Below, piece after piece: positions 29,999 through 41,083 of a DNA stretch of 64,000 bases. Both the position numbers and the translations under genes were made by a program. How positions within the stretch are numbered: the stretch's first letter is position 1; each line of letters begins with the position of its first letter. The notes below the pieces were generated by a model that was not told the DNA's origin, searched no databases, and was given only the letters and a program-made list of their open reading frames with translations. Source of the stretch: Tidjanibacter sp. (GTDB taxonomy: Bacteria; Bacteroidota; Bacteroidia; Bacteroidales; Rikenellaceae); assembly GCA_045659085.1 (NCBI GenBank), contig JAZOWE010000006.1, positions 47,320 to 111,319 on the forward strand, in the 5' to 3' direction.

Positions 29999-32056
29999 TT
30001 AGAAGAATTTTACGCGCTCATCGGTAATCTCCGCACCCTCGCGCAAAGCCTGATCAATGCGCTCATTGAGGTAGTAGAGCTGATAGGAGTCGAGGCGTAC
30101 TTTCTCGTCCTCGGGGGTTACATTCTCGGCAGCGGTGCGGCCGTCAACCGACAGAACATATACACCATAGTTACCAGCGATGGGGTTCACGATAACACCC
30201 TCCTCGGCAGCAGCGATTGCGCCCACGAGTTTCATATCGGGACCTACGCCCACAACATTGTTTGCGTTACCCAGAAGGGCCTCAACCTCAACAACTTTAC
30301 CGTTAATCTTCTCGGCAGCCTCCTCGATGGTAGCAACACCTGCAACCTGCTCTGCAACCCAAGCGGTCTTAGCCTCGTTGCGGAGGGTGTTGAGTACGCG
30401 GTTCTTAACCTCCGAGAGGGGCATATAACCCTCCTTGCGGATGTTGGTAACGGTTGCTACAACATAGTCGCCGTCAATCTCCATAGTACCCGAGATTTTG
30501 CCAACCTTGTTGTTGTATGCCCAGCGCACGAGCTCGCGAGCATCCGAGAAACCGCTAACGGTGCGGTCGGTATTGCGGATACGGGCGTTGCGTTTTGCCA
30601 CGCCAAGTTCCGAAGCAGCGGTCGCAAAGTCGGTATCGTTGGCAGCAGCAATGAACTTGTTAGCCTCGTTTGCAGCCTCCTGGATGGTTGCATCACCTGC
30701 CACGATTTCGTAGGTGATGGTTGCCACCTGAGCTTTGCGAACATCCTTCGAGCGGTAGGTGAGCTGTGCGATGTGAATACCGAACTGGCTCTCAACCTTC
30801 ACAATCTGATTGAGGCGGGCACCAAGAAGAGCGTTGCTAAACTCAGGAACCATAGCCTCGGGAGCGAACTTACCCAAGTCGCCACCGTTCTGTGCCGAGC
30901 CGTCGAGCGAGTATTTTTCTGCCAACTCAGCGAAGTTGCGGCTGTTAGTGCGGAGTGCCTTGTAGATGCTGTCTGCCAACTCGTTCTGGTCGAACGAAAG
31001 GAGAATGTGGCGTGCACCAATCTCGTCGGGCATATTGCGGATGTCGGCAATGCGAGCCATTGTGTAGGTGTTACCCTCCAATACGGGACCGTAGAGCTGG
31101 CCGCGTTTGTTGCCAAATGCGTAGGGTTTGTACTCTGCGGCAATCTTCTCTGCCGAGTAGTATGCGTTATCCACGCTGCTGTGGCTGTTGGCGGTTGCAA
31201 ACTGCAAAGCGTTGTCGGCAGCCTTGAACTCCTCGGCGAGAGTCTCAACAGCCTCTTTGGCCTCTGCAAAGTCGGCCTCCGAAGGCTCCACGCTGAACAC
31301 TGCATACTCAACCTCGCGCATAGCGCTCTGGCGGAAGAGCTCTTTGTGGTCGTTATAGTACTTCTTAACCTCGCTCTCCGAAGGGGTTACGATGAGCGAA
31401 TCGGCAATGTTGTAGTAGGGTTTAACAACAACCTTTGCGGTCGAAGCGGTGTTGGCAGCCTTCACCGAGTTCTCAACCTCAACATTGTTGGCCACAAAAC
31501 CTGCGCCCACAAGCGAAGTGAAGTTCGACACAAGGCGCTGCTCGGCAGCTTTCCTCTTGATGTAGTTCCACAGGTCGTATGCCATCTGGTTGCCCTCAAC
31601 CTGCGAGAGGAAGTTCCTCATAAGCTCAGGGCTGTAAGTGCGGGTTGCGGGATCCGAGAAGAAGGAGGTGATGATGGGCGAAAGGAAGCCACCCTGAATC
31701 ATATCAACAACCTCGGCGTCGGTAACCATCAAACCCATCTTGTTGAACGAAGGTGCGTATGCGTTAGCCATTACGAGGTCGTTCCAAGCCTCGTTGTAGA
31801 TTGCATCATACTGAGCAGCATCGAAAGCGCTCGAACCATAGAGTGCGGTGTAGATATTCTTCACATACTCGGTCTGGTAGGCGTACTCTTGGTACTCGAT
31901 GTTCTGACCATTGATTTTACCTACGCGGTTAGCCCTCGAAGTGAAGATGCTACCGCTGCTAAAAAGGTCGCCAAGCAAGAAAGCGACAAGACCAAGTGCA
32001 ATAACGGCAGTTACGATAACACCGCCTTTGGTCCTCAAATCATTTAATGTTGCCAT
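29999..32056 (-). CDS. ppiD: SurA N-terminal domain/parvulin PPIase (PpiD-like)
   Basis: N-terminal TM MATLNDLRTKGG; ARHIL, FAELAEKYS, GGDLG. Confidence 0.88.
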   Translation of the reverse strand: MATLNDLRTKGGVIVTAVIALGLVAFLLGDLFSSGSIFTSRANRVGKINGQNIEYQEYAYQTEYVKNIYTALYGSSAFDAAQYDAIYNEAWNDLVMANAYAPSFNKMGLMVTDAEVVDMIQGGFLSPIITSFFSDPATRTYSPELMRNFLSQVEGNQMAYDLWNYIKRKAAEQRLVSNFTSLVGAGFVANNVEVENSVKAANTASTAKVVVKPYYNIADSLIVTPSESEVKKYYNDHKELFRQSAMREVEYAVFSVEPSEADFAEAKEAVETLAEEFKAADNALQFATANSHSSVDNAYYSAEKIAAEYKPYAFGNKRGQLYGPVLEGNTYTMARIADIRNMPDEIGARHILLSFDQNELADSIYKALRTNSRNFAELAEKYSLDGSAQNGGDLGKFAPEAMVPEFSNALLGARLNQIVKVESQFGIHIAQLTYRSKDVRKAQVATITYEIVAGDATIQEAANEANKFIAAANDTDFATAASELGVAKRNARIRNTDRTVSGFSDARELVRWAYNNKVGKISGTMEIDGDYVVATVTNIRKEGYMPLSEVKNRVLNTLRNEAKTAWVAEQVAGVATIEEAAEKINGKVVEVEALLGNANNVVGVGPDMKLVGAIAAAEEGVIVNPIAGNYGVYVLSVDGRTAAENVTPEDEKVRLDSYQLYYLNERIDQALREGAEITDERVKFF

Positions 32057-32150
32057 TTTGAGTTTAGTTTTTATTTGTTTATTTTGTTTCTTTTGTTTGC
32101 GTTTTATTCAAAATCAGCCTCAAATATAGTGTTTTTATTGATACTTTGTA

Positions 32151-33410
32151 TCACAAAACCCTAACTTTTGCCAATTCCACCCTCGAAGAGGAGGATTTTA
32201 GGATTTTTATCTCCTTGCCCTCGCTCTCAATGACCGTACCTACGGCAGGAATACCTCCGTAGTGGTCGATGATGTAGCCCGCGAGGGTGTCATACTCGCC
32301 ATCCTCCGAGAGTCCCAAGTTGTAGCGTTCGTTCAGGTACGACACCTCCAATCGGCACGAAAGCACCCACTGTTTGTCTTTGAGTACCTTCTCCACCAAT
32401 TCGGGCTCGTCGTGTTCGTCCTCAATCTCGCCAACAATCTCCTCCAAGACATCCTCCAACGAGATGATACCCGCCGTGCCACCAAACTCGTCGATAACCA
32501 CCGCAACACTCTGGCGCGAGCGAATCATCTCGCCCATAAGTTTCTCGGTAACCATCGTTTCGGGCACATACCTTACGGGCATCAGTATCTCTTTGATGCT
32601 CTTGGGGTTGCGAAACAGACTCTTGGTCGTGACATAGCCTACAATGTTGTCTATCGAATCCTCCCACACAAACAATCGCGAGAAGGATGTTTCTATAAAT
32701 CTTTCGGTCAGTTCCTCAATGCTGATGGTGGCCTCCACAGCCTCCACATCCACTCTCGGAACCATACAGTCCCTGACTCTCAAATCCGAGAAATCGAGCG
32801 CATTTTGGAAAATTTTAAGTTCGTTTGCCTGTACATTTTCGCTCTCCGCGCTCTCGTCAATAAGATTTTCGAGGTCTATCTTACCAAAGCTCTTGATGTT
32901 GTGCTCCTCCCTGACTTTCAGTCCCACCAGGCGCATAATGCCAAACGAGAGTGCGGTGGCAAACTTTGCTATGGGGAATAGTACGAGATAGCAGAGATAT
33001 ACAGGTATAATCAGCGCCCTAAAAAAGGCATTGGGGCGCATCTTGAAGAGGCTCTTGGGGGTAAACTCGCCCAAGAAGATGATGACGAGTGTCGAGATGA
33101 GTGTTTCGATAACCACCGAGTCTTCGGCCATCTGAAGGCCCATCTTACCCGCCACAAGGTGGATGAGTTGTGCCATAAAGGTCGAATAGACAACAAGCAC
33201 AATGTTGTTGCCCACCAGCATTGTTGTTATGAACTCGCCCGGCTTGGAGGCAAAACGCTCAATGATGCGTCCTACCATGCCACCCCTCTTGCGGTCAATC
33301 TCCATACGAAGCCTATTGGCACTCGTAAAGGCAATCTCCATACCCGAAAAGAAGGCCGACAGCGTGACCGAAATCACAACAATAACTATGACGCTCAGCA
33401 AACTATGCAT
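32151..33410 (-). CDS. CNNM/CBS hemolysin-family protein
   Basis: FFSGMEIAF, MVPRVD, VIDEFGGTAGIISLEDVLEEIVGEI. Confidence 0.93.
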   Translation of the reverse strand: MHSLLSVIVIVVISVTLSAFFSGMEIAFTSANRLRMEIDRKRGGMVGRIIERFASKPGEFITTMLVGNNIVLVVYSTFMAQLIHLVAGKMGLQMAEDSVVIETLISTLVIIFLGEFTPKSLFKMRPNAFFRALIIPVYLCYLVLFPIAKFATALSFGIMRLVGLKVREEHNIKSFGKIDLENLIDESAESENVQANELKIFQNALDFSDLRVRDCMVPRVDVEAVEATISIEELTERFIETSFSRLFVWEDSIDNIVGYVTTKSLFRNPKSIKEILMPVRYVPETMVTEKLMGEMIRSRQSVAVVIDEFGGTAGIISLEDVLEEIVGEIEDEHDEPELVEKVLKDKQWVLSCRLEVSYLNERYNLGLSEDGEYDTLAGYIIDHYGGIPAVGTVIESEGKEIKILKSSSSRVELAKVRVL

Positions 33411-33452
33411 CTTAATACTTCTCTCTCACACCCGCTTTTGTCCGACAGTGCG

Positions 33453-34304
33453 TTACAATTCGACAGGCTTATGGGGCTCCAAAACCCTTCTCTCGCCCGG
33501 CTCCTGCAACTTATCTTCTCGAAGTTTCAGCTTTTCGCGCTTGGCGTTATGCTCATTAATCTTCGCGTTGCGTTTGGCGTTCTGCTGCTCTTTGCGGCGC
33601 AACTCTTTGGAGCGCAGCTCTTTGCGGCGCTTGGCATCCTGCTCTTCGAGATAACTCTGGGGGCGTTGTTCCTTTTTCTCCACCTTTTGAGTCTCTTTCT
33701 GCTCTGCCTTAACATCGCTGTCGGACTTGGGCTGTGGATTCTCGCTCTGCGAGGCATCCACCCACATTCGTCCCTCGCTCTCGCGGAACACCCAATCCTT
33801 AAACTCCGAGTCGGACTCAAAGCCCTCGCCCACAAACTCGTCGTCGCCATCCACAATCCTACAATCCACATTGGAATAGACCTTGTCGGTCTTTTGGTCC
33901 CAGAAGAGTTGCTGCGTAAAGAGTTTTCGGCCGTCGGCGCTCTCGCCCACAACATTGCCCCTTGTCTCCCACAACTCCCTCTTTTCGTAGAAGATGGCGT
34001 AGTCGGCCCTCAACTTGGAGTCGTCGCCTCCAAGCGAATCGAAAGTCACGATATTGATACCCCTGCGAAACTCCATATAGGGGTCCCTTGCAAACTCATA
34101 ACGCTCCATCAGCGGGGTCCAAAAGCGGTACTCCTTCACGCCATTTTTGGTATAGACCATTGTGAGAGTGTCGCTCTGCTGGGTAATCATGGTCTGCATA
34201 TTGACCTCTTTGGTGCTCTTTTCGCCCGAGCACGAAAACAGCAAGATAGCACCTCCCACAAGAGATGCTACCATTGCCATTTTATATATCTGTCCGAGTG
34301 ACAC
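33453..34304 (-). CDS. lptC: LPS export protein LptC with charged C-terminal tail
   Basis: Lipoprotein-like signal; LRADYA, WETRGNV, LFTQQLFWD; conserved context. Confidence 0.85.
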   Translation of the reverse strand: MSLGQIYKMAMVASLVGGAILLFSCSGEKSTKEVNMQTMITQQSDTLTMVYTKNGVKEYRFWTPLMERYEFARDPYMEFRRGINIVTFDSLGGDDSKLRADYAIFYEKRELWETRGNVVGESADGRKLFTQQLFWDQKTDKVYSNVDCRIVDGDDEFVGEGFESDSEFKDWVFRESEGRMWVDASQSENPQPKSDSDVKAEQKETQKVEKKEQRPQSYLEEQDAKRRKELRSKELRRKEQQNAKRNAKINEHNAKREKLKLREDKLQEPGERRVLEPHKPVEL

Positions 34305-35866
34305 TATTTAACAGGTCTTACGGTGGTGCTACCCGACACCCAACCGCAGTTTACGGTATAAGCGTCGCCCTCCTGCAAACCGCGGAAGAAGCAATCCGCC
34401 TGTTTGGGGAAGTAGTTGCGGTAGGTAGCCAACAGAGTATTGCAAATCTCCTGCTGAGCCTCGCTACCCTCCACAGCCTCAAACATTGCGCGAGCCTTAG
34501 CTACGATATCGGAAGCCAACCAGAATACGGTCTGTTTGTCGAAGCCCTCGCAGTTGGAGCCATCAACATAAGCCTGTGCAAGGCAGAGGTATGCCGAGCC
34601 ATTCTCGGGGTTGAACTCGATGGCCTTCTTAGCCCAAGTGGCAGCCTCGCGTGCAGCACCTGCCGAAAGCTCGGTGTTGGAGATCTGGATGCAGAGGTTT
34701 GCTTTGATTTTGGCATCCTGCTCAACCTCTACTGCTGCGCGGAGGTATTCGAGAGCTTTGTCGAACATCTTGTTGGCCTCAAATGCGCGGCTGAGCAACT
34801 GTGCGGTCTGAGTCGAGGGAGCCTGAGCATAGTATTTCTCGCCAACGGTGAGGTAGAACTCGCTCTGGCAGTTGTTGCGCGAAAGGAGTTTGAAAGCTTT
34901 CTCGATCTGTGCAGCGTCGTCGGGGTTGTTAGCCAACCTCTCGCCGAAGATTTTTTCGAGGTTTGTGCAATCGGCAGCACCCGACTTGATGAGCAGTGCA
35001 TCGAAAGTGGTCTTAGCCTCTGCGTCCTCCACGAGGTCCATCTTCGAGGCCATAAACTCATACTCGCTCATAAAGTGGTCGGTCTCAACATTGAGAGCGT
35101 CGTACTCCTCAACAAGCACGGTGAAGTACTGGTTGATGAATGTTGCGTCCACCTCGGGATCTTTCTCGATAGCCTCGCGGAAGAGTTGGAGCATACCCTG
35201 CTTGTCCTCCGAGCGATATTTGTAGTAATCTTTTGCTTTGTTCTTCAAGATGTAAACCTCGCCATACTTCTCGTCATCCGCAAAAGCAGCAAGACGCAAG
35301 TCCCAAAGTTTCATCAGAGCCTCAATGTGGCCAAGCTTCTCGTCCATACTCTTCGAACGGGCAATTTTGTTACGAAGGATATTTGCACCATTCGAGTAAA
35401 CACTACTACGAGCCTTGGGGCAGTTCTGAATCAGAGTGTACATATACTCCAAAGCCTTGTCGTAGTCCTTGTTGTTGTATGCGTCGCCAAAGAAGTTGAA
35501 GATGCGAACATTCTCCTCCCTCTCGGCAGCAGTTGCGTTCTCACCCCACTCAGGGCCATAGGTTGTTGCAGGTTTCTGCTCCTCCACTACGCCATTTTTG
35601 GCAGCAGCAGCCTTCTGTGCAGCAATGATTTTAGCAATTTTCTCCTCCTCAGCCTTGCGAGCCTTCTCGGCTTTCTCGGCAGCTTTGCGAGCCTTCTCAG
35701 CCTCTTTTGCAGCCTTCCTCTCAGCCTTCTCGCGAGCCTTACGCTGTGCAGGAGTCTCCTCCACCTGCTGACTCTCCTGAGTCTGTGCCAAAAGGGTGGT
35801 AGTGTTCATTGTGCCTGCCATCACGAGCGAGAGCACAACCATCGATTTGATTACGATTCTTTTCAT
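34304..35866 (-). CDS. exported TPR-repeat protein
   Basis: Signal peptide and helical TPR-like repeats. Confidence 0.75.
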   Translation of the reverse strand: MKRIVIKSMVVLSLVMAGTMNTTTLLAQTQESQQVEETPAQRKAREKAERKAAKEAEKARKAAEKAEKARKAEEEKIAKIIAAQKAAAAKNGVVEEQKPATTYGPEWGENATAAEREENVRIFNFFGDAYNNKDYDKALEYMYTLIQNCPKARSSVYSNGANILRNKIARSKSMDEKLGHIEALMKLWDLRLAAFADDEKYGEVYILKNKAKDYYKYRSEDKQGMLQLFREAIEKDPEVDATFINQYFTVLVEEYDALNVETDHFMSEYEFMASKMDLVEDAEAKTTFDALLIKSGAADCTNLEKIFGERLANNPDDAAQIEKAFKLLSRNNCQSEFYLTVGEKYYAQAPSTQTAQLLSRAFEANKMFDKALEYLRAAVEVEQDAKIKANLCIQISNTELSAGAAREAATWAKKAIEFNPENGSAYLCLAQAYVDGSNCEGFDKQTVFWLASDIVAKARAMFEAVEGSEAQQEICNTLLATYRNYFPKQADCFFRGLQEGDAYTVNCGWVSGSTTVRPVK

Positions 35867-35934
35867 TGGTGTTTAGGTATTTTTGTTTGTTTATAATTTG
35901 TTTCTCCTTATTTTTCCTCTCTTTTCGAAGCTTT

Positions 35935-36229
35935 CTTTTCGAAGCTTTTTGTAAAAAGCTTCACCAAAAACTTTTGGGCGATACTGCGTATCGCTTATTG
36001 ACTTTGCTCTTGTCATTCCTATCACTCCTGTTATTCCTGCATGAAAAACAAGAAAGACAAGAAGGACAGGAATTTTCCATTCTCAATTTTCAATTTTCAA
36101 TTCCCTTGGCGAGTGCATATCGCGGAGCAGATGCAAGGCTTGCGATGGGCGAGGATGCGGAGTTTGCTCTGCGCAAATGAGCATTCCGAGCCCGAGCATA
36201 ACGCAGCAGATGCCCGCGAGATGTGCTCG
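35935..36229. repeat. composite repeat (CTTTTT-GT-AAAAAG, 9-mer arms, ATTTTCA, TTTGC-N5-GCAAA)
   Basis: Modules shared with 4915-5318, 7438-7559 and 61340-61894. Confidence 0.85.
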
Positions 36230-37537
36230 CTAATCGTATTTGGCCTTCACAAACCAATAATCCTCTCCAAACAAACTAAATCCGATGGTAAATTTGAGAT
36301 AGTTCTCTTTGGAAAGTCCTGCCTTTGTTGTACCCCTCTGTCCCAACTCCAAACCGAGGTTGATGTTCGACAGACCGGTCATTCGCAGGGGAATACCTAC
36401 ACCGAAGGTCAGTGCTACATCGTCGAAGGGTTGGTTGTTGAGGACCATATAGTATTGACTCCAACGCACGCCGGCACGATAGGTAAAGCGGTTGAAGGCG
36501 TTACGCACATCGCCGGGGTTGGGGGTATATTGGCCACCCACTCGCACCGTGTTGGTATTGCGGAACGAGAGCTGGTCGGTAACATCTGCACTGTTGCGCG
36601 AGCCCCAATCGGCAAACTCATAGTCTGCGCCGAAGCTGTACTTCATCGTGTGGTAGTAAAAACCTACCGCATAGATGGAGGGCATTGCAAAATTGGACTC
36701 GTAGATCTCATTTACGGCATATTCGCCGGGGAGCAGGGTACTATTTACGGGAACACTCCTCTGCACCTCAGTGCCCATCTTACCACCCAATTGGTAGGTT
36801 GCACCCACGGTCATGACTCTCTTCTCGGAGGAGATGGGGGTCCACTGCATACCGAAACGGCCATAGAAACTATTTATGTGCTCCAACTCCGAGCCATAGA
36901 GCGAGTAGTAGGAGCCGCTGCCCGTGATGGTGGTAGGCTGTGCCACAAAGTCGCGTTCGATACTGCCGTGGAGATAGACGAGGTCGGCACCAACGGAGAA
37001 GTTTTTGAACAACTCATAACCCACACCGGCCTTAAATTGGGTTACATCGCCCGAGCCCGAGTAGTTGTAGAACATCTGCCCTATTCCACCCAACACATCG
37101 GAGTTTTGGTCGTAGTAGCTGACATTGTAGCCCACCGAGCTGAGGGGCATAACGCTCACTGCTGCGCCCATACCCTTAATCAGCGGAAACGACATCGAGA
37201 TGTCGCGGATGTTGAAGGTGTTGAAGGCTGTGTGCGCATCGGTGGTGCGAGCATAGAAGTTTTGTCCCTCCATATCGAAGTTCGAGAGGAACGAATTACC
37301 CCTCACGGAGCTATACGATGCAGGGTTGAGAGAGTTGATGTAGAGATAGTTGCGGAAACCAACGCCTGCGCCACCCATCGCCCTCAATGCACTATTGCCT
37401 TCGTTGTGAATATCGCCAATACCGTAGAAAGTGTAGGGCGAATAGGCGTTAAGGCTGCTACTTTGAGCCAGAGCATTTGCCCCGCATCCAAGCACGAGGG
37501 CCACCATCAAAACCGATATTTTATCTCTCAAATTCAT
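36230..37537 (-). CDS. outer-membrane beta-barrel protein (FadL/OmpP1-like)
   Basis: Signal peptide; SPYTFYGIG, NPASY; conserved upstream of TPR-lptC in Bacteroidetes. Confidence 0.7.
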   Translation of the reverse strand: MNLRDKISVLMVALVLGCGANALAQSSSLNAYSPYTFYGIGDIHNEGNSALRAMGGAGVGFRNYLYINSLNPASYSSVRGNSFLSNFDMEGQNFYARTTDAHTAFNTFNIRDISMSFPLIKGMGAAVSVMPLSSVGYNVSYYDQNSDVLGGIGQMFYNYSGSGDVTQFKAGVGYELFKNFSVGADLVYLHGSIERDFVAQPTTITGSGSYYSLYGSELEHINSFYGRFGMQWTPISSEKRVMTVGATYQLGGKMGTEVQRSVPVNSTLLPGEYAVNEIYESNFAMPSIYAVGFYYHTMKYSFGADYEFADWGSRNSADVTDQLSFRNTNTVRVGGQYTPNPGDVRNAFNRFTYRAGVRWSQYYMVLNNQPFDDVALTFGVGIPLRMTGLSNINLGLELGQRGTTKAGLSKENYLKFTIGFSLFGEDYWFVKAKYD

Positions 37538-37648
37538 TCTGTTCTTTTTCTGCTTTTTATCCGCCAATAGACAAAGTCTATTAACATTCCGCAAATATCG
37601 TATTTTTTAATCGTTTTTCAAAGCATTTTTTGACTTTGGCCACGATTT

Positions 37649-40600
37649 TCAATTTTTAGTCGCTCCTCGTTCCTCGGCCACAGCCTCCGCCATGGCGTCC
37701 AAAACCCTGCAACCCTCTGCCACAGAGTCTACTTCTCTAACGGTCAAATAGACCTTATTGTTGTTTTGTTTGAGGACAAATTTTGCGGGTTGGGAGGCAA
37801 TATAGCGCAGAATTGAGCCAAAGAGAGTGCTCTTGTAGTAGATGTTGCGTCCATCGGAGGGGAACCACAGCAGCATAAGTCCATTTTTGACCTTCGCACG
37901 CTCCATACCGAGAGCCACAGCCCTCCACCTAAGGCGCACAATATCCACAAGGTTCTGTGCCTGCTGTGGCAACTTACCGAAGCGGTCTTCCAGCTCTGCC
38001 ACAAAGCGGACCATATCCTCCTCGGAGGTTATGCCGTCAATGCGACGATAGAGTTGCAGCTTCTCGCTCGCCTGTCCGATATAGCGGTCGGGCAGGAGCG
38101 CTGCTTGGTCTGTTTCGACCTGACAGTCTGTGACATAGCGTATATTGTCGGGCATCGCAACCTCTTCGCGCTCCGAGCCGAGAATATCCTCCAACCCCTC
38201 GGTCCCTTCGGTGCGGAGTTCGGTGATGGCCTCGTCGAGAATTTTTTGGTATGTTTCAAAGCCCATATCGGCAATAAAACCACTCTGCTCAGCACCCAGC
38301 AGGTTACCAGCACCACGAATATCCAAATCCTGCATTGCGATATTAAAGCCCGAGCCGAGGTCCGAAAACTCCTCAATAGCCCTCAACCTACGCCTTGCGT
38401 CACCCGTCAGCAGCTCGTCGGGAGGCGAAAGAAGGTAGCAAAAACTCTTTCTGTCGCTCCTGCCCACCCTACCTCTGAGCTGGTGCAACTCGCTCAGTCC
38501 GAAGCGGTGGGCGTTGTTGATAATAATCGTATTGGCATTGGGAATATCTATGCCGTTTTCGATGATTGTCGTAGCCACCAACACATCGTACTCGCCATAG
38601 ATAAAGTCCATAATGAGCTTTTCGAGCTGAGGTGCGGGCATCTGTCCGTGACCAACAACAACCCTCGCCTTGGGGCGCAACCTCTGCACAAGGGCGGCAA
38701 TGCGGTCGATATCCTCCACCCTATTGTGGAGGAAATAGACCTGTCCTCCCCTATCGAGCTCAAAATCGAGAGCCTCCTTAATGATACCCTCATCGAAGGT
38801 GTGCGACTCGGTGACAATGGGTTGGCGGTTGGGTGGCGGAGTGGATATTACCGACAAATCCCTCGCTCCCATAAGCGAGAATTGGAGTGTTCGGGGAATG
38901 GGCGTAGCCGTCAGTGTAAGAGTATCGACGCCAACACTCAGGCTGCGGAGCTTCTCCTTGGCCGCAACGCCAAATTTCTGTTCCTCATCAATAATCAGCA
39001 GTCCCAAGTCCTTGAACTTCACCTCCTTGCCGAGCAACTTATGCGTGCCGACAATAATATCTATCTTACCCTCTGCGAGGTCTTGCAAAATCTGTTTTGT
39101 ATCTTTCGAGGAGCGTGTGCGCGAGAGGTAATCCACCTTTACGGGGAGTCCCCTCATTCGCTCGGCAAAGGTGCGGTAGTGTTGGAGCGAGAGGATGGTT
39201 GTGGGCACCAGCACCGCCACCTGCTTACTATCGCACGCGGCCTTGAATGCCGCCCTCACAGCGACCTCCGTCTTGCCAAAGCCCACATCGCCACACACAA
39301 GCCTATCCATCGGCTCGCGCGACTCCATATCGGCCTTGATGAGTTCGATGGCTTTCTGCTGGTCGGGGGTCTCCTCCCACTGGAATGAGCTCTCCATCTC
39401 GTATTGCAGATAGCTGTCGGGCGAAAAAGCAAAACCTCCGCTCGACTTCCTCTCGGCATAGAGCCTAATGAGCGAGCGGGCAATATCCTTCACCGCCTTT
39501 TTGGTCGCCTCCTTAACCCTCTGCCAAGCACCCGCACCAAGGCGGTAGATGCGTGGCGGAGCGTCGCTATCCTTGCTCTTATAACGCGAAATGCGGTGGA
39601 GCGAGTGCACATTCACCAAGAGCACATCGCCCTCCTTATAGACAATCTTGACCGACTCCTGCTCCTTGCCGTTCTCCACCGAGCGCACCAAGCCGCCAAA
39701 CTGTCCCACACCGTGGTCTATATGCACCACATAGTCGCCAATTTTAAGCCTGTTGAGTTCGGCTATCGTAAGGCTCTCCTTGTGGTCAATCTCGCCACGC
39801 AGCGAGTAGCGATGATAGCGGTCGAAAATCTGGTGGTCGGTATAGAGGCTAACCCTCAGAGTTCTATCCGTAAATCCCTCGTGGAGAGTCATTTTGAGCA
39901 TCTCAAAGCGGGCCTTGCGATGGGTTGCCGCAAGCAGATTTTCGAGCCTTTCGCCCTGAGCCCTGTTCTCCGAGAGGAAGTAGGTCGTATAGCCCTGCAT
40001 AGCCCTCGCCTCAATATCCTCCGCAAGCAAGTCGTACTGTCGGTTGATGGCCATCTGTGGCTGAGTATTGAACGCCACCTGCACCTCGGCGGGGCGTTTT
40101 ACGCTTGCCCTGCGCAGCACCATTCTTCGCCCCTCGGTATCGCCCAAAAAGGCCTTTGCCGAAGTGACTCTCTGGGCGTCATCTGCGGGGTTGTCGCTCT
40201 CTGCAAGGAGTTTGCGTCGCTCCTCGTCGAGCCTCGCAAGAGTGTGGTCCAAGTTATCCATCCACCACACAGCGTCGCCCACATAGCCCGCAATCGTCAC
40301 CTTTGTTTCGCTGGCGAAGTTTTTGAGATTGGGCACAATTCTCACACTCTGCAACCTCTCGGTCGAGAGTTGCGAGGAGAGTTCGAAGCGACGGAGGCTC
40401 TCCACCTCGTCGCCAAAGAAATCCAATCGGAAAGGTTTATTCTCCGAATATGAAAAAATATCAAAAATGCCGCCACGCATTGAGTATTGGCCCGGCTCGT
40501 GCACAAAGTCAACCCTCTCGAAGCCCAGTTCCTCAACCCTCTGCTGCAACTCCTCCATCGAAACTCGTGCGCCCACCGACACCTCCACAACCGTCTGGCT

Positions 40601-41068
40601 CACACTCTCGGCCGAGACAACATTCTCAAAGAGTGCCTCGGGGTAGGTGCAGACCACAATGGCCTCTCCCCTATGGTTGCGGATAGCCTCCAAGGCGGCA
40701 GTGCGTTGCACCACACCCGAAGCATCCTCGCCACCATAGCGTATGGAGCGTTTGTAACTCGACGGCAAAAACAGCACCCTCTCTGCACCCAAAAAGGAGT
40801 AGAGGTCGCCGGCAAGGTAGGCTGCCGCATCCCTGTCGTCTGCCACACAGATATGTACGCCACCCGTCTTATGGGCCACCACCGAGAGATATAGCGCAAA
40901 AGCCGAACCTGCCAGAGAGGTAATCTCTGTCACGGTTCGGCTCTCAATACTCTGCACCACCTGCTTTGCTGCCGAGGTGCGTGCTGCACGCTGAACAATA
41001 TCCCGTATGGTACTATTCTCGTTCTTCACGACATTTGTATGCAAAGGAGAGGACCGCTTATTCCACAC
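37649..41068 (-). CDS. mfd: transcription-repair coupling factor
   Basis: VHIDHGVG, CGDVGFGKTE, DEEQKFG, ATPIPRTL, QLRGRVGR; start codon uncertain. Confidence 0.97.
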   Translation of the reverse strand: MWNKRSSPLHTNVVKNENSTIRDIVQRAARTSAAKQVVQSIESRTVTEITSLAGSAFALYLSVVAHKTGGVHICVADDRDAAAYLAGDLYSFLGAERVLFLPSSYKRSIRYGGEDASGVVQRTAALEAIRNHRGEAIVVCTYPEALFENVVSAESVSQTVVEVSVGARVSMEELQQRVEELGFERVDFVHEPGQYSMRGGIFDIFSYSENKPFRLDFFGDEVESLRRFELSSQLSTERLQSVRIVPNLKNFASETKVTIAGYVGDAVWWMDNLDHTLARLDEERRKLLAESDNPADDAQRVTSAKAFLGDTEGRRMVLRRASVKRPAEVQVAFNTQPQMAINRQYDLLAEDIEARAMQGYTTYFLSENRAQGERLENLLAATHRKARFEMLKMTLHEGFTDRTLRVSLYTDHQIFDRYHRYSLRGEIDHKESLTIAELNRLKIGDYVVHIDHGVGQFGGLVRSVENGKEQESVKIVYKEGDVLLVNVHSLHRISRYKSKDSDAPPRIYRLGAGAWQRVKEATKKAVKDIARSLIRLYAERKSSGGFAFSPDSYLQYEMESSFQWEETPDQQKAIELIKADMESREPMDRLVCGDVGFGKTEVAVRAAFKAACDSKQVAVLVPTTILSLQHYRTFAERMRGLPVKVDYLSRTRSSKDTKQILQDLAEGKIDIIVGTHKLLGKEVKFKDLGLLIIDEEQKFGVAAKEKLRSLSVGVDTLTLTATPIPRTLQFSLMGARDLSVISTPPPNRQPIVTESHTFDEGIIKEALDFELDRGGQVYFLHNRVEDIDRIAALVQRLRPKARVVVGHGQMPAPQLEKLIMDFIYGEYDVLVATTIIENGIDIPNANTIIINNAHRFGLSELHQLRGRVGRSDRKSFCYLLSPPDELLTGDARRRLRAIEEFSDLGSGFNIAMQDLDIRGAGNLLGAEQSGFIADMGFETYQKILDEAITELRTEGTEGLEDILGSEREEVAMPDNIRYVTDCQVETDQAALLPDRYIGQASEKLQLYRRIDGITSEEDMVRFVAELEDRFGKLPQQAQNLVDIVRLRWRAVALGMERAKVKNGLMLLWFPSDGRNIYYKSTLFGSILRYIASQPAKFVLKQNNNKVYLTVREVDSVAEGCRVLDAMAEAVAEERGATKN

Positions 41069-41083
41069 TCCTCTCCCGATTAT

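Noticed and set aside
37595-37648. coaX absent upstream of the OMP-TPR-lptC cluster
   Set aside because: A simple gene-order rearrangement; no sequence evidence of anything unusual.
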